From the NCBI RefSeq assembly GCF_009914755.1, contig NC_060925.1: a stretch of 64,000 bases of DNA. One strand, 5' to 3'. Below the pieces are notes generated by a model. That model made no database searches. It saw only the letters and a program-made list of their open reading frames with translations, and was not told the origin of the DNA. Of this stretch, positions 1 to 12,389 are shown piece after piece. Both the position numbers and the translations under genes were made by a program. This DNA comes from the human T2T-CHM13v2.0 reference genome, Homo sapiens. Each line of letters opens with the position of its first letter. Position 1 is the stretch's first letter.

Positions 1-229
1 TTCATTTAGTAAAGGAAATTTGGGAAACTGTGGCCAAGAAGCTAGAGGAGAAGTCTTGCTGGAGGCCTTTCGGGGAAAGGCTTCCTTGATCTACAAAAAG
101 GAAATGAGGAAAGGAAATATCCTTTTCCCTCCTTTCAGTCTTTAGCCATTATTGTGTGTGGATGTGATACTTGGAGCCTCTGCAGCCATCTTGGGACTGA
201 ACTTGTAAAGTTTCCATAGTGAAACATAT

Positions 230-639
230 TGATATGTTTTGGATATTTGTCCCCTCCAAATCTCATGTTGAAATGTGATCCCCAGTGTCAGAGGTGGGGC
301 CTGGTGGGAGGTGTTTTGATCATGGGGACAGGACGGATCTCTCATGAATGGCTTAGTGCCGTCTTCTTGGCGATGAGTGAGTTCACACCTGACCTGGTTG
401 TTTAAAAGTGTGTGGCACCTCCACCCTCTCTTGTTCCCACTTTCACCATGTGATGTGCCTGCCACTGCTGCACCTTTCACCATGACTGAATCCTACCTGA
501 GGCCTCACCAGGAAGCCAAGCAGATACCAGCGCCATGCTTGTACAGCCTGCAGAACTGTGAGTCAACTAAACCTCTTTTCTTTATAAATTACCCAGCCTC
601 AGGTATTTCTTTATAATGACACAAAAATGGCCTAACACA
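230..639 (+). mobile_element. MaLR solo LTR, MSTA/MSTB-like
   Basis: Starts TGATATGTTTTGGATATTTGTCCCCTCCAAATCTCATGTTGAAATGTGATCCCC and ends ...CAGGTATTTCTTTATAATGACACAAAAATGGCCTAACACA; near-perfect 5-bp TSD catat (225-229) / catag (640-644). Confidence 0.85.
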
Positions 640-1139
640 CATAGCTATCTCTAGCTCTATAGATTAGATAGATTAGATAGGGATAGCCCAAAGAAACCTT
701 GGAGATCACCAAATTCAATTGCCTCATTTATTTTTATTATTTTTGTTCCATGTTGTTTGGTTTATTAATATTCCCCAATGGAAATCACAACTATTAAACC
801 AACCATTATTTTTGGAAAGTCGTGATAAACATGAATACAATACGATTATTTAATTAGGTGTCATTTTAGAGATAGAAGCTTAAAATATGACCCCTTTATG
901 TAATAATTGCCAAAATAATATCCTACCAGAATTAATTCAATAGCATGGGTAGCTTATTTCTAGAATATTTTAAAAACTGAACCAAAGCTTACTAAGATGG
1001 GTGAATTTAATACAATGTTTTTAGCTTTGTCAAAGATAGTACAATTTAGCACAAACTAAAATAAAAATTTACTGTTTGCTCTATGCTGCATCCTATGTTA
1101 TCAAATAGCTTGACTCAAATTACTTGACTCAAATAGCTT

Positions 1140-1340
1140 CATACAGTTCTCACAACAACTCAGGTAAACACTGTCATCAAACCCATTTTGTGGATGAGGA
1201 AATTGAGGATAGGCAAGGTTAAATAGCTTGCTCAAGATCACAGAGCTAGCAGTAGAAAAGCTGGGATTTGCAGTAAGTAGAAAAGCTGGGATTTGCAGTC
1301 TGATTTGCTCAAGCTCTGAACCACTGCAGTTTTCTGCCCA
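1140..1340. mobile_element. MIR SINE fragment
   Basis: MIR core motif CCCATTTTGTGGATGAGGAAATTGAGG...TTGCTCAAGATCACAGAGCTAG...CTGGGATTTG. Confidence 0.7.
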
Positions 1341-1371
1341 AGAATGAATACAACTTATTCATGGTTGAGGC

Positions 1372-1903
1372 ATGTGGCAAACACTGTTGGATGCCTACTT
1401 AGCAACTATTTCCCCTTTTCTGCTCTCAGTCAGAACACTCATTTTGTTTAGGGGTGACTTGTGATCAATTTAATGAACTGTGGCCAATCCTATCTCTTTT
1501 TGCCAGTGACTGGTCTGATGTGGCATATGACCATTTTCTGGACAATAAGGAAGATTCTAAAGTCTGGGAAATATTTTTCTCCTTCATAAAAATGGGGGAC
1601 AGCACTTCCTTTTCTTCCGTTCCTGCTCTGTGCAGTGACCTCTGTGGATGTGATGTCTGGAGCTATGGCAGCCACATTGCAATTAAGAGGTGACAAACCT
1701 GGAGACAAAAGCTCACATGCATGTGATGGCAGAGAGCAAACACAAAAAAGAGCTTGGGTCCTTGATGACATGATTGTACTGCTCAACTAACCCTGAAACT
1801 ATCTGCACTTGAAATTTATATTGAAGATATAGTAAATGACCTCATGCTTTAAGCTACTGCCAAATATTCTGTTCCTTGAGGCCAAAGGCATTCTAACAGA
1901 TGC
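1372..1903 (+). mobile_element. Old MaLR LTR, MLT1J/K/L-like
   Basis: Motifs GGATGTGATGTCTGGAGCTATGGCAGCCAC, CTTGGGTCCTTGATGAC and 3' end GCCAAAGGCATTCTAACAGATGCA; boundaries approximate. Confidence 0.6.
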
Positions 1904-2062
1904 AATCTAGACACAGAAAGATGTTTTCCCAGAGTTCCTGCAAAAACAGATGATGTGTAGGTTATGGAGATTTTATCCAGGAATCCATTAGTATAGGTAG
2001 TAGTTTAGAAAAAAAATACTCCAAGCTTTGTCTCAGATATGGTTAAATCTGAGCCATCCACA

Positions 2063-2462
2063 TGGTGTCTGTGCTGAATATTTTCCCCTCAGATGCACTG
2101 TTTCCTTTTCTGAAACTGACTGATATGAACTATATCAAAAGCCTCCCTTGCCCTCTGGCGTCTGGTTGGACTTGGCCATTGACAAGCACCAGCAGGAGAC
2201 TGGAGGAGGGTGGTGAGTTAGATATAAATCCCCCAGGTCCTTTGCTGGGTGTTTACTTAGGCTGACTGCATCCGTTGACTGAAGGTCACAGACTCCTGTC
2301 AGGTGGCCCTGTGTGTCTGGATTTTTCGGTAACTGTTCTTTCCCGATTGGACAGATCTAGGAGCTGTAGCCTCAGGGTTCCAGCTTCTCTTGTGGTTTCC
2401 CACACCCTGCCCACATCTTTGCAAAATGCCATTTGTTTCCTGCCAGGACCCTGACTGATACA
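2063..2462 (+). mobile_element. ERVL-type LTR, LTR33-like
   Basis: CTCCCTTGCCCTCTGGCGTCTGGTTGGACTTGGCC core and terminal TTTCCTGCCAGGACCCTGACTGATACA. Confidence 0.6.
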
Positions 2463-3105
2463 ATGGTGTCAACGAAATCACTGCAGCTATTGAAGCTTGG
2501 TCCAGTCTATCTGAGGTGTGGAGTTTTGTAAGGGCTTTCACCTACTATTAAAGGGAGACAGGAGACTACACAAATAAATGTCATGCTGCAAAAGTGAAAC
2601 AAAGATCATAGCTCAGAGAAAACACTTTCCACTTGAGGGCAAGAAATCAGAGAAAGCTACCTGGAAGAGCCGGCATTTGGGATGAGGACGGATAGGAGTT
2701 TTAAAAGAGATGAGATGAAGGGCATTCCAAAGACAGGGAAGAGTGTAAGTCAAGCCGGGGAAGAGAGAAAGCTCAAGTGAAATTTCTGAAAAATTAGAGC
2801 TGGAAGGGATCTACGATATCTTTTATTTAATGTTCGTTCTCCCTTCACCTCCTTTAACTGAGATTTGGCCAAGGTCAAACAGCAAGTAAGTAGCATGTCA
2901 GGACTCCAACCAGATCTGCTGGCTACCAGGTTAGTTCTTAATAATCCACCTTCTACCTCCACCCCACTCCCTCACCTCAGGCAGTCTGCTTACTTCTCAG
3001 TCTCTCCCACTAGACTGTAACCTCCTCAATAGCGGGGCTTCTGTTTTCTTCACCCTTGAATCCCAGTACCTAGCACAATATCTAACACAAAATCGTCATC
3101 GTCAT

Positions 3106-3123
3106 CAGCAGCAGCAGCAGCAG
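3106..3123 (+). repeat. (CAG)6 short tandem repeat upstream of the CpG island
   Basis: cagcagcagcagcagcag, preceded by atcgtcatcgtcat. Confidence 0.9.
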
Positions 3124-4464
3124 CTACCAAACTTTAAGAGGCAACCACCCACTGTCAGGCACTATGCAGTTATTTTGTACATCTTCTGTAATCTTCACTT
3201 TTCACTGAGGACGCTGCGGCTCAGAGAGGTTGTCTAATTTGTCTTAGGTCATACAGCAGTGCCGGACTCTATTTTATAATATCTTTCATCAACCGGACTC
3301 CGAAGCCCTGCCTCAATGGGCGTTCAGTAACATCTGTTGAATGAACGAATGAACAAGCAATATCCACTCAATGCAAACTATCGGCTGTAACAGGCCACCC
3401 TAAAGGCCCCGGAACCTCGGCCGGCTCAGGACTCCGCACGTTGTCTTCCAATCTAAGCACACCGGCCCCTCTCTGCGCCCCGCACAGGCTCAGAGGCTCC
3501 GCCCGCGTCTCCGCCTAACTCGCCGGCCACGCCCCCACTTCGGGGAGCTCGGTCCCTCTCGGATTCGAGTTTTCCTCGGCTCCAGCCGCCGCGCAGAGGG
3601 CCTCTCCCGGCCCTGCAACCTACAGCCCCTTCCACTCCCCTGCCCCTCCTCTGCGCCCTCCCTCACTCTCCAAACTTCTTTTTTCCACCCTCTCTAAACT
3701 TCAGTCATTCTAGTGCCCGCCTCCTCCACTCGCACCGACCAACCAGTGGTCCCCATTCTCGTTGGCGGTCCGCCTCCTGCCCGCCGGGGGCCAATCCCTG
3801 GCGCGAGAGTCCAGGGCCGGGGCTCGTTCCCAAGCGCCCAGCCTGTGACGGCAGCGCGCCGGGCGCCGCGCGGCGGGAGGGGGCGGGGCTCTGGATGAGG
3901 GATGGGCGAGGGCCGGGGGAAGGGAAAAGGGAGGAGGAGGAGGTTGCGGCTGGTTTGAAAGCGGCAGTTTCCTGGCAGCTTGGGCAGGCGTTGGTCTCCG
4001 CGCTACAGCTCCGCAGCGGCCACGATCGATCCCGCGACGGGTCTACGCGCGCTTCTGCGCGCCCCCCACGGATTTTTCCCGTTCCCGGCTCTTCCCCCTT
4101 CACCTCACCGCCCCCCCGCCTCAGCCTTTCCCGCCGCTCGGGCGCTGAGCCCAGGGACCAGCCGGCGGCAGTGACCCCGCCCGAAGCCCCTTCTGGAACC
4201 TCCTGGGGACAATTCCCTTTTCCTTTCTTCAGCCTAACCCGCGGTGGCCCTCGCGGAGTCCGGTCAGCCCCGGGGAGCGCAGCCGGGAGGGGCGTCCAAG
4301 GGGCGTCTCGGGTCTGGGAACGGCCGGGCCCCCAGCGGGCTGTGGTCGCGGGGTGGGGGCCGGAGCGGCGAGGCCCCCCTTACCGGGCTGCGCGGGCCGC
4401 CCAGGGCCCCCGGGCTGAGACGGGGCCGGAGCGGCGCCCCGGCCGCCCGCGCGGGGTCTCCCCC

Positions 4465-4500
4465 ATGGTGCAGCGGGGTTCGGGATGTCGAAGACGCTGA
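4465..4500 (+). promoter_or_regulatory. Out-of-frame upstream ORF overlapping the MAGI3 start ([11 protein letters not shown])
   Basis: ATG at 4465 (ccccATGG), 20 nt upstream of the main ATG at 4485; stop TGA at 4498-4500 lies inside the CDS. Translation is not demonstrated. Confidence 0.6.
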
Positions 4501-4800
4501 AGAAGAAGAAGCACTGGCTCAGCAAGGTGCAGGAGTGCGCCGTGTCCTGGGCCGGGCCCCCGGGCGACTTCGGCGCGGAGATCCGCGGTGGCGCGGAGCG
4601 TGGCGAGTTCCCCTACCTGGGGCGGCTCCGCGAGGAGCCCGGCGGGGGCACCTGCTGCGTCGTCTCGGGCAAGGCGCCCAGCCCAGGCGATGTGCTGCTG
4701 GAGGTAAACGGGACGCCTGTCAGCGGGCTCACCAACCGGGACACCCTGGCTGTCATCCGCCACTTCCGCGAGCCCATCCGTCTCAAGACTGTGAAACCAG
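4485..4800 (+). CDS. MAGI3: MAGI3 coding exon 1 (membrane-associated guanylate kinase, WW and PDZ domain-containing 3; N-terminal PDZ0 domain)
   Basis: Translation [46 protein letters not shown]...[38 protein letters not shown] matches the MAGI3 N-terminus (PDZ signature GD.LLEVNG); splice donor CCAG|GTACGC after 4800; 316 nt, phase 1. Confidence 0.96.
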
Positions 4801-7800
4801 GTACGCCGGCCCTGCGTATCTGTCTCGGGGTGTTGGGGAGAGGGGCTTCAGGGTGGGCGTCCTGGGAGCGGCGGCACCTCCCCACCGCGTATTGTCCCGG
4901 GTAATCTTAGACCTCTAGGGTGTGCCAGACTCCTTGACGAGGGGGAGGGGTGGCGTTGGTGAGTCCCATTTTGCCGAAGGGAAAACTGAGCTCTGGCTTG
5001 GCGCGGTTGCTCTGCTAGCTGTGCTAGCTGTCACAGAATTGCGACTAGAAGCTGGGTTTCCTACATTTGTAGCTCCATCTCCCCCCGCAGACAAGAGTTT
5101 TTGACTAGAGAAGGCCAGCCTTTTCCTGTGTTGTGCAAAAAGGCCCTTAGGATTGTAACATTTTCTTTGGAACGATCTTACGCATCTTCTAACAGGGAAA
5201 AAGGGACTTTACTATAGAGGCACTTGGTGCCAAGGTTACCACCTGGTGTACCTGGAAGGGCTTAGCTGCTTCAGTGTTTCTTGCACTCTAGCAGACATCT
5301 CAGAGCTGACAGCCTAACTCTGTCAGTCCAGGTGGTTCAGGTGTCTGAGTACCGATGACGGTACAATATGTGATATGTGGCAGACTGGTGTGTTCTTGCA
5401 GGGAGCTGTTGAATAGAGTCTGGGTTTTGCAGGAAGACCTAGGTGCCTAGCGGAGTGAAAGCTTCTGTAACGCTTTTGATTTTACAGAATTTTGTTGAAG
5501 TGGTAGGTTAAAGGAGCCTCTGTTGCCCTGGTATCTTTTATGCTAGTAAAAATTGCTGCAAAGCACGTTATGTTTATGGCATACTCGTCAGTTTCAAAGC
5601 ATTGATCAGAGACAGCATACAGTGAGATCTGATAGTATGTAGTAGTTCTTATGAATTTGTTATAGACAGCATTGTTGGTTTTGTTTCAGCATAGATAGAA
5701 TGTGGTTCTGTCGTCTTAGATGTTTGTGGGAGAGAGAATTGTGATTGTAACATTATTAGAAACCAAACTGTTTTTCCTTAATGTGCTCTGCTGAGTATAC
5801 GGTGCATCAAAATATAATGGGCTGGTTAATTGTTACCTGGGCTAGGTAGCAGTCCATCCCTTGATGGCAAAATGCTAGAAAATTCTGGATAAAAATTTAA
5901 TATGTTATCTCCTTCTCATTTCTTTCTCAGCAGCTCGCTTTGGAAATATTAATATATCTTTAATAGTCCTTGAGCTTAATGGGGCTTGATGGTTTGTGGT
6001 GCAGTTTACATATGTCTGTGTATTGTGGATATGTATACACACAGACTCACATGCTCCTAAGGTCATAATTAAGATTTTCTTTCTATAGCGTATTCCATCG
6101 TATTCATTTTAAGTGTATGGGTTTATGTGGTGAGGTTTTCTTTTTATTGTTGTTAATTTTTTAAAACTTTGGCAGACTTTAAACAGCTTTTTCTGTATAG
6201 TTTTGAGAATTTGTAAATTTTTTTCTTAACTCTAACTTTTACAGCCATGTGTGAAAGGCAGAGGAAAGACTTTTGGGGCTGTAATTCAGCTAGTCAGGCA
6301 CTGTCTGTAATATGCAAAAGGCTATATAGACAGCATTTACTAGTCTAGCTGCCAAATCTTAGTTCAAATCCCATGAGTTAGTGAATAGTGAGAACATCTG
6401 CATCATTTCTTTGTGTTTTGTTTTGATTCGTTAGGGCATAGATGAGAATATAACTTATTTTTAGAAATTTTAAAGTTGATATATTGACATGGAAGCTGGT
6501 GTATTCTAAATTATTGTGATCTTTTTTAGAAGACTGAAGAGATGGCTATTTCATAACATTAGTCTAATCTACCTGTTATACATTTTTCTCAACCTCTATA
6601 TTATATTTAACAATAATTCAAGATTTAGAGCATTAGTAATATTAACTGTGTTGAATAAACATCCTATGCCCCCGTATGTAGTTGACATTATTAGAGTAAT
6701 ACAGTTTTGCCCTCTTGACAGCCACAGACACTGTTCTATTTTAAAGATTTAGCCAAAATAAAGGGAATAACGTATTAATGGCCACAGAACATTTTGTAGT
6801 CATTAGTAATAAAGTTCTGAATACTACACTTGTTTTTTGAAGAGACACTTTGTGTCAGTAATTTCTCAAGATACCATTATGTCTGTGTTATTTGAGATTA
6901 ATATTGTTTCTAAGCAGGTTGTAATTTAAAATTTTTAATCTCTTTTAAAAATAGTATTCTTAGCTTCTTAATAGCCTCATGTTAGGTATTATATTAAATG
7001 GCTTTCTTAAATGGCTTTGCTTAAAAGCAACATTTGTTATAAAATAGCAAGATTTTTGCAGGTTAAACAGACTTTAAATACTAGAAATTAAGAATTTGAA
7101 GAGGTTATCTGTAGAACTTTTGAGTTTGATTAAAAACAAATATTATTTTCAGAAGAGACAAAGATTCTTTATTGTGATTCATTTTGGAAAGGATGAAAAT
7201 AGAGTAAGGGAATTTAAAAAGAAACTTGCCATAAACATTGTTTTATTTTTTGCTTTTATCTAAACTTTGTGACAGAAATTGATTTTTCAATTTAATAAGG
7301 TATTGTAAAGTGTACTTAGCACTCTCTTGTCTTGACTAGTTGCTTTTTATTAAACCATATTCATAACATGACATTTAGAGACTAGCACAGTGAAAGAGTA
7401 AAATTTAACCATTTTTGTAAGATGTAATACTAATCGGAAATGTTCTCATATTGTCTTCTGACAAAGTCCATGGCAGAAGGATGAGCTGGGTTGTAGAACA
7501 TGGCTTTTGTAGCACTGATTCTTCCTAGCCTTCTTTTCACTTAGGTGCTAAGGGTCGCCCTCCCAAAGCCAGTACTATCAGCCAGGTGACTTAACATCTT
7601 TCTGGCAGCTACTGTCTTTAGCTTTGATTTTTTTTCCCTTTTTTTGTTGTTATAATCTTTAATAGAGAATTGAAAGTTACTCTTTAAAATATGGTTTCTA
7701 ATCTGAAGCTTTTCCTGAATCAATTAGGTAGTTTCTTATTGTTTTAGTGTAGTACTTAGTAGTCAGTACTTTGCCCGCTTATAGAAGAATCTTTGGTTTC

Positions 7801-8536
7801 ACCTATTGCTTGGCTCAATTAGTTACTTGTTTCTTAATTATGACCCTGTTGTTTATTTTTCTGCAAAGAGAAAAGTTGTCATTTGAGTTTGAACTTTGTC
7901 TTTTCCCAGTAGTAAAGTTGAACTTTGGACCTCTGGTGAAATTGTTTTGTGATATACTACTATGACTAGGTTTAGTTTCTTTGATTTTACTACAGAGTAT
8001 ATATTCTTAAACCATTTCTATTCTGATTAATATACAAGTAGTGAATTTTGTTCTGAAATTCCCCAGACTCTAATTGTGCAGAGTTTTATGCTTCTTCATA
8101 CACCTTTAAGCTCATATTTCAGCAGTTTGCTTTCAGTAAGTTTCAGTAAATTATGTGTATTTTATTCCAGAGATTAAGTATCGGTACAATAAATACATGA
8201 AATCATTGTCTACTGCCATATGCACACATTACATTCAACTACCCTAAGCAAGTAGTGTATCCAGGGATGGAAATCATAGGAAACAATGTTATAGTTTGTT
8301 TAAATAAAAACCAAGTTGAAACAGTTCCTGGGTAATGTTAAAGGTAGGTAAAAGTCTTCACTGCTGACTCTTTGGGACATCCAATTTGTAAGGGAGTTTT
8401 GTTAAAATGGGCTAATTCCTAGAAATACACTTCCTGTTGGTGAAGAAACACTACTGGATGCTTTAAAATAGGAAATATTTATGTTATTCAAATAAAAATA
8501 ATGCTGTGCCTTTCTTATCTCTTGAATCTTTTTGTT

Positions 8537-8538
<2 letters not shown>

Positions 8539-8577
<39 letters not shown>
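8539..8577 (+). repeat. Poly(T)39 tract
   Basis: Uninterrupted T run. Confidence 0.95.
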
Positions 8578-8579
<2 letters not shown>

Positions 8580-9076
8580 TGGGATATTTAGGATTTTTGA
8601 TGAGTTTTGTTTAGGTGGTTGTATTATATGAGGATGGGAAAGGTAAGAGAATTTAGAGTTAATTGTTAGCCTCCCAGGCTTACAATACATTTCTTCGTAC
8701 CTTTTTTAAAACAAGAAAATCTAGAGACCTAGAGATTATTTTAGAAACAATAGAAAAAGAAGCAAGCCAAGCCCCTTTGCTAGGGAAAGTAGCATTACAT
8801 TTTGATAAACCTTGAAGTTGAAAATTTCCTATTTCAAATTTTGGTAGTTTTTTTTTCTTTTTTCCCTAAAGCTCTTAATAACTCAGGGGTTCAGGTTTTG
8901 GATTCTGTTCATTGACACCTTCAATTCATATGAGTAATGGGCTTACACCTTAGCAATTGCAAGCTGATTTGCTTGCATGATATTTGATGACTTTTATTAT
9001 ATCATTAACATCTTTGTACTTAAAAAATATTTTCTCTCCATCATTCTCTAAGAGTACTATATCCAAATATCTCAGT

Positions 9077-9150
9077 ATGTATATATGTATATACGTGTGT
9101 GTATATATATATTATATGCATATATGTATATGTATATACACACACACATA
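9077..9150. repeat. Imperfect (TA/TG/CA)n alternating purine-pyrimidine tract
   Basis: tatgtatatatgtatatacgtgtgtgtatatatat...tatatacacacacacata. Confidence 0.8.
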
Positions 9151-9747
9151 CTTTTGTTAACTTTTCTTGTATATCATTTTCTAGTATATCATTTTGGGTA
9201 CTTTATTGATCCTGCCCTCACCCCCAGACTTTTATAATTTAGTTTGTAAAACTTTATTTTCCTAGGTTGAGGCATTTTAATAATTCTTTAATTTCTTGCT
9301 ATCTTACTGGTACAAACAAATACTTAACATTTGGCCATTTGATTTTTAGATGATTTTAAATTTTATTCAGTTTATTGCTAAAACTGATTTTCATGTAACA
9401 TAACTCTGTGTTCCTGGGACGTATACATTATTTTTCCTCTGAGATCCTGGCACATACTTTATAAAACCTTTTGTTTTGAGAGACAAATTTTTGTGATTTT
9501 TTTTCTGCTAATTTATGTAAACTGGCGACAAAACAAATCTTCTAAATTCATTCAAGTGTCTGACTTATGAAGTCAGTGCCTAATCTTCTCAAGTGATAGT
9601 TTCATACAGAGTCTTTACTATGTAACCCCTAAGTGCTTTGTAATTTTTGGGGGGACTTAGTGTTTTGGGAGTATGTTGAAAGAGAATCTTGTTTTTATGG
9701 ATTACTTCAGTATTATTTACCAATTTCAAAATCTGTGAATGTCAGGG

Positions 9748-9748
<1 letters not shown>

Positions 9749-9786
<38 letters not shown>
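9749..9786 (+). repeat. (TG)19 microsatellite
   Basis: Perfect dinucleotide run. Confidence 0.95.
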
Positions 9787-9787
<1 letters not shown>

Positions 9788-12389
9788 TTTGACAAAAGAT
9801 AAGTGTTTTGGTATTGAAGACTAGAACCGTTTCGCCTTTAATAAATTATTTTTTGTCTTCTGAAATTTTGAGCAATAATTTTCTTGAAATACTACATTTT
9901 GGTAGATAGAGTGAATGCCCTGAATTTAAAACTATTGTCTAAAGTAAGAGTTTCAGAAACTTAGAAGCTGGTGTTATGAGACATGTTTGTAGGGAAAGAG
10001 GCAAATCCATTCATTGCTCTTCTAGCTAATTTTGCTAACAAAATATCTTGCTAATATTTTGTTTTTGAAGAACAACTATTATTCAGAATGTTTTCCAAGA
10101 AAAGATGCATATTTTATTTAATACAGAAAAAATAAGAAGTCCTATTACTGGCACGCATTCATTCCCTCAGCAAATACTTAGTGGTGCACCCACCAAGTGC
10201 CAGCATGGAGCTAGCACTGGCGATATAAACATGAGTCAGAAATTGTGTGTCTTCAAGAAGCTGGCAGTTTAGTGGGAGCTTAATGACTCATTGGTAAGGA
10301 ATACCTGTAGTAAGGGTTTTGCCTTTTTCACTTTTCTGCCAGTGTTTAAAACTCTTTAGGTAGGTCTTAGTATGAATTTTGGTGAAAATGAGACTAACTG
10401 GCTGCATAGTGTGCTATTCGAAAAAGTAGTGGAGCTGCATTTTAGAAAGGATTTGGGTTCTCAAGTCATCACAAAAAGAGGGAAATCAAATATAAGCAAA
10501 ACTGTCTTTTCAAAAAGCCCTTAAATTGTGCATAAAATACTATATTGTACTGTTTGTAGGATGAGTCCAAATGCCACTTTTCCACCCATGTTGGAACCAA
10601 TTGCAGTTTTTTGGTCGAATACCAGAAGAAGTAATTTGCTTGCATTAAAAAGATATGTTTTACAAAAAAACTTTTAATTCTAAGAAATTATCCTCATCTA
10701 GGTATGTACAGTGAATTTATGGAAATTAAATGTGTACATGAAGTGAAAGAATGATTTCTTTTCTTTTTTTCTTTTTAATATCTTGGTAGGATCCACGCCA
10801 TCTGCCCTTGTTTTCTGACTTGAGTGGTTGAGGAATGAATTGTGAATAATTTTGAACTTGTTTGGGTTTTGAAAGATGACAGATTTTGGTTGAGTGGAAT
10901 TAGGATCTTTCCAGTAGTAGGTAAGAAGCAGAGGAGGAGAAAAACACAGGGCAAAAACGTTCCATACAGAAAGGTTTACAGTGTGGTCCATCTCAATAAT
11001 TTTGTGTGTGTTTGTGTACAAGGGCACAAAATCCACATTATAGAATAATTGGAAATTATTTTGTACAAGGGCACAAAATCCACATTATAGAATAATTGGA
11101 AAATAGAGGGAAGATCATATTAATTGTTTAAATGTATAGGTAGTTCCATTATGAATAGTCTCCTGTAAGTTTTTTTTAAATGTGTTATCTCCTCGAAATA
11201 ATGCTCTAAGGTGCTTAATGCTATTTCTGCCTTCAGCCTCATTCCACTCATAATGTTATACTATGAATATTTTTATTTAACCCTTAATGTACCATTAGTT
11301 CTGTTCTTTATGGTTAATAGCCCTATTTTTGTTGTTTTGGAAGTCTAGCCAGTTTTATGGGAAAACACAATTTGCTAGCCTAGGAAAAAGGGAATTGAAA
11401 AATATATTTTCATCTTAATCCCGCCTTCCCTTTTGTTACAGCCACAGCCGACTGGCTTCCAGTGAGAAGGGTGGCATCATTATATCTCCATTCTTCCCTG
11501 AACCCTAGCAATTTATCCTGATGCAGCCACTCAGCTGCATTGCAGTGGTTTCCAGGAGCAACCCACTTACCTGCAGCCCCCACCCATTTCAGTCATCCCA
11601 ACATGGCCAGGGGAACATAGATTACATTTTGAGGACCATAATTTGACTTATGACATATCTAAATACCTGAGAAAGGACACGCTGTCCTTATAGGTGATTA
11701 GGTACTTGTTTTATTAACACATACTGAGAGATATTGTTTTAGAGACTCTGTATGGGTTATGAAGGGTTAAACTTTTTTGCCATAATTTGTTTGGAGTTTA
11801 GGGTTTGGTTTTAAAAAATATCATGCAGTGGTAATTGGAAAAAATTTTGTTTCAAATTTATTAATAATTAAGATCTTTTCTATTTGGAGGCTTCCCTTTT
11901 TATTGTCTTGGGTATACAATGTGAACGGTAACCGATCTACTTAATTAAAACTTTCTGGCATTTTAGCCTCTTTGCTTTTGCTGGTTTTTTTGCACATAAT
12001 TTGAAACACGTAATTATTATTTTCTGGCTTCAGGGGAGTTTGTGAGAGGCAAGCCTGTATCTCGTTGTTCTGATTGGGAATTACACATGACTATGAAAAA
12101 TGGGATTTTACTATACATAATGGCATTTAACAGAAGTAGTTTTATGAAAGGAAAATATCCTACAAGGTAGGAAAAAAACAAGTATTTATTAATGCTTCAT
12201 TTTCTGAACTTAAATAGAATTAAGCTAAATTGGCTTTGCTTTTTCCTCCAATAAAATAACTTTTAAAAATTCACTTTAATGGAGTAGTTCCAGAGATATA
12301 TTACTCTTTGGATATGGTTATCTAGTTTGCAGCAAGTATCTTGTGATATATAGCTTAGATCTCAGCAGGAAAGAAAAAAATCTTAATTT

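Larger units (their letters stand above)
3400..5010. promoter_or_regulatory. MAGI3: CpG island / MAGI3 promoter and first exon
   Basis: Abrupt rise in GC and CpG density against the AT-rich flanks; GC box GGGGCGGGG (3880-3888), CCAAT near 3791, no TATA box; Inr-like GGCAGTT near 3963-3969 is a plausible (inferred) TSS. Confidence 0.9.

Noticed and set aside
4416-4484. Possible non-AUG N-terminal extension of MAGI3
   Set aside because: An in-frame TGA at 4416-4418 limits any extension to 22 codons or fewer, and there is no positive evidence.
4801-4904. ORF-track extension of MAGI3 to 139 aa (…[10 protein letters not shown]…)
   Set aside because: Read-through past the canonical donor at 4800/4801; similarity to MAGI ends at KTVKP.
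3453-4918. Multiple long overlapping ORFs (201, 224, 132, 127 aa etc.) in the CpG island
   Set aside because: Low-complexity R/G/P/A-rich translations are expected from stop-poor GC-rich DNA; no domain recognised.
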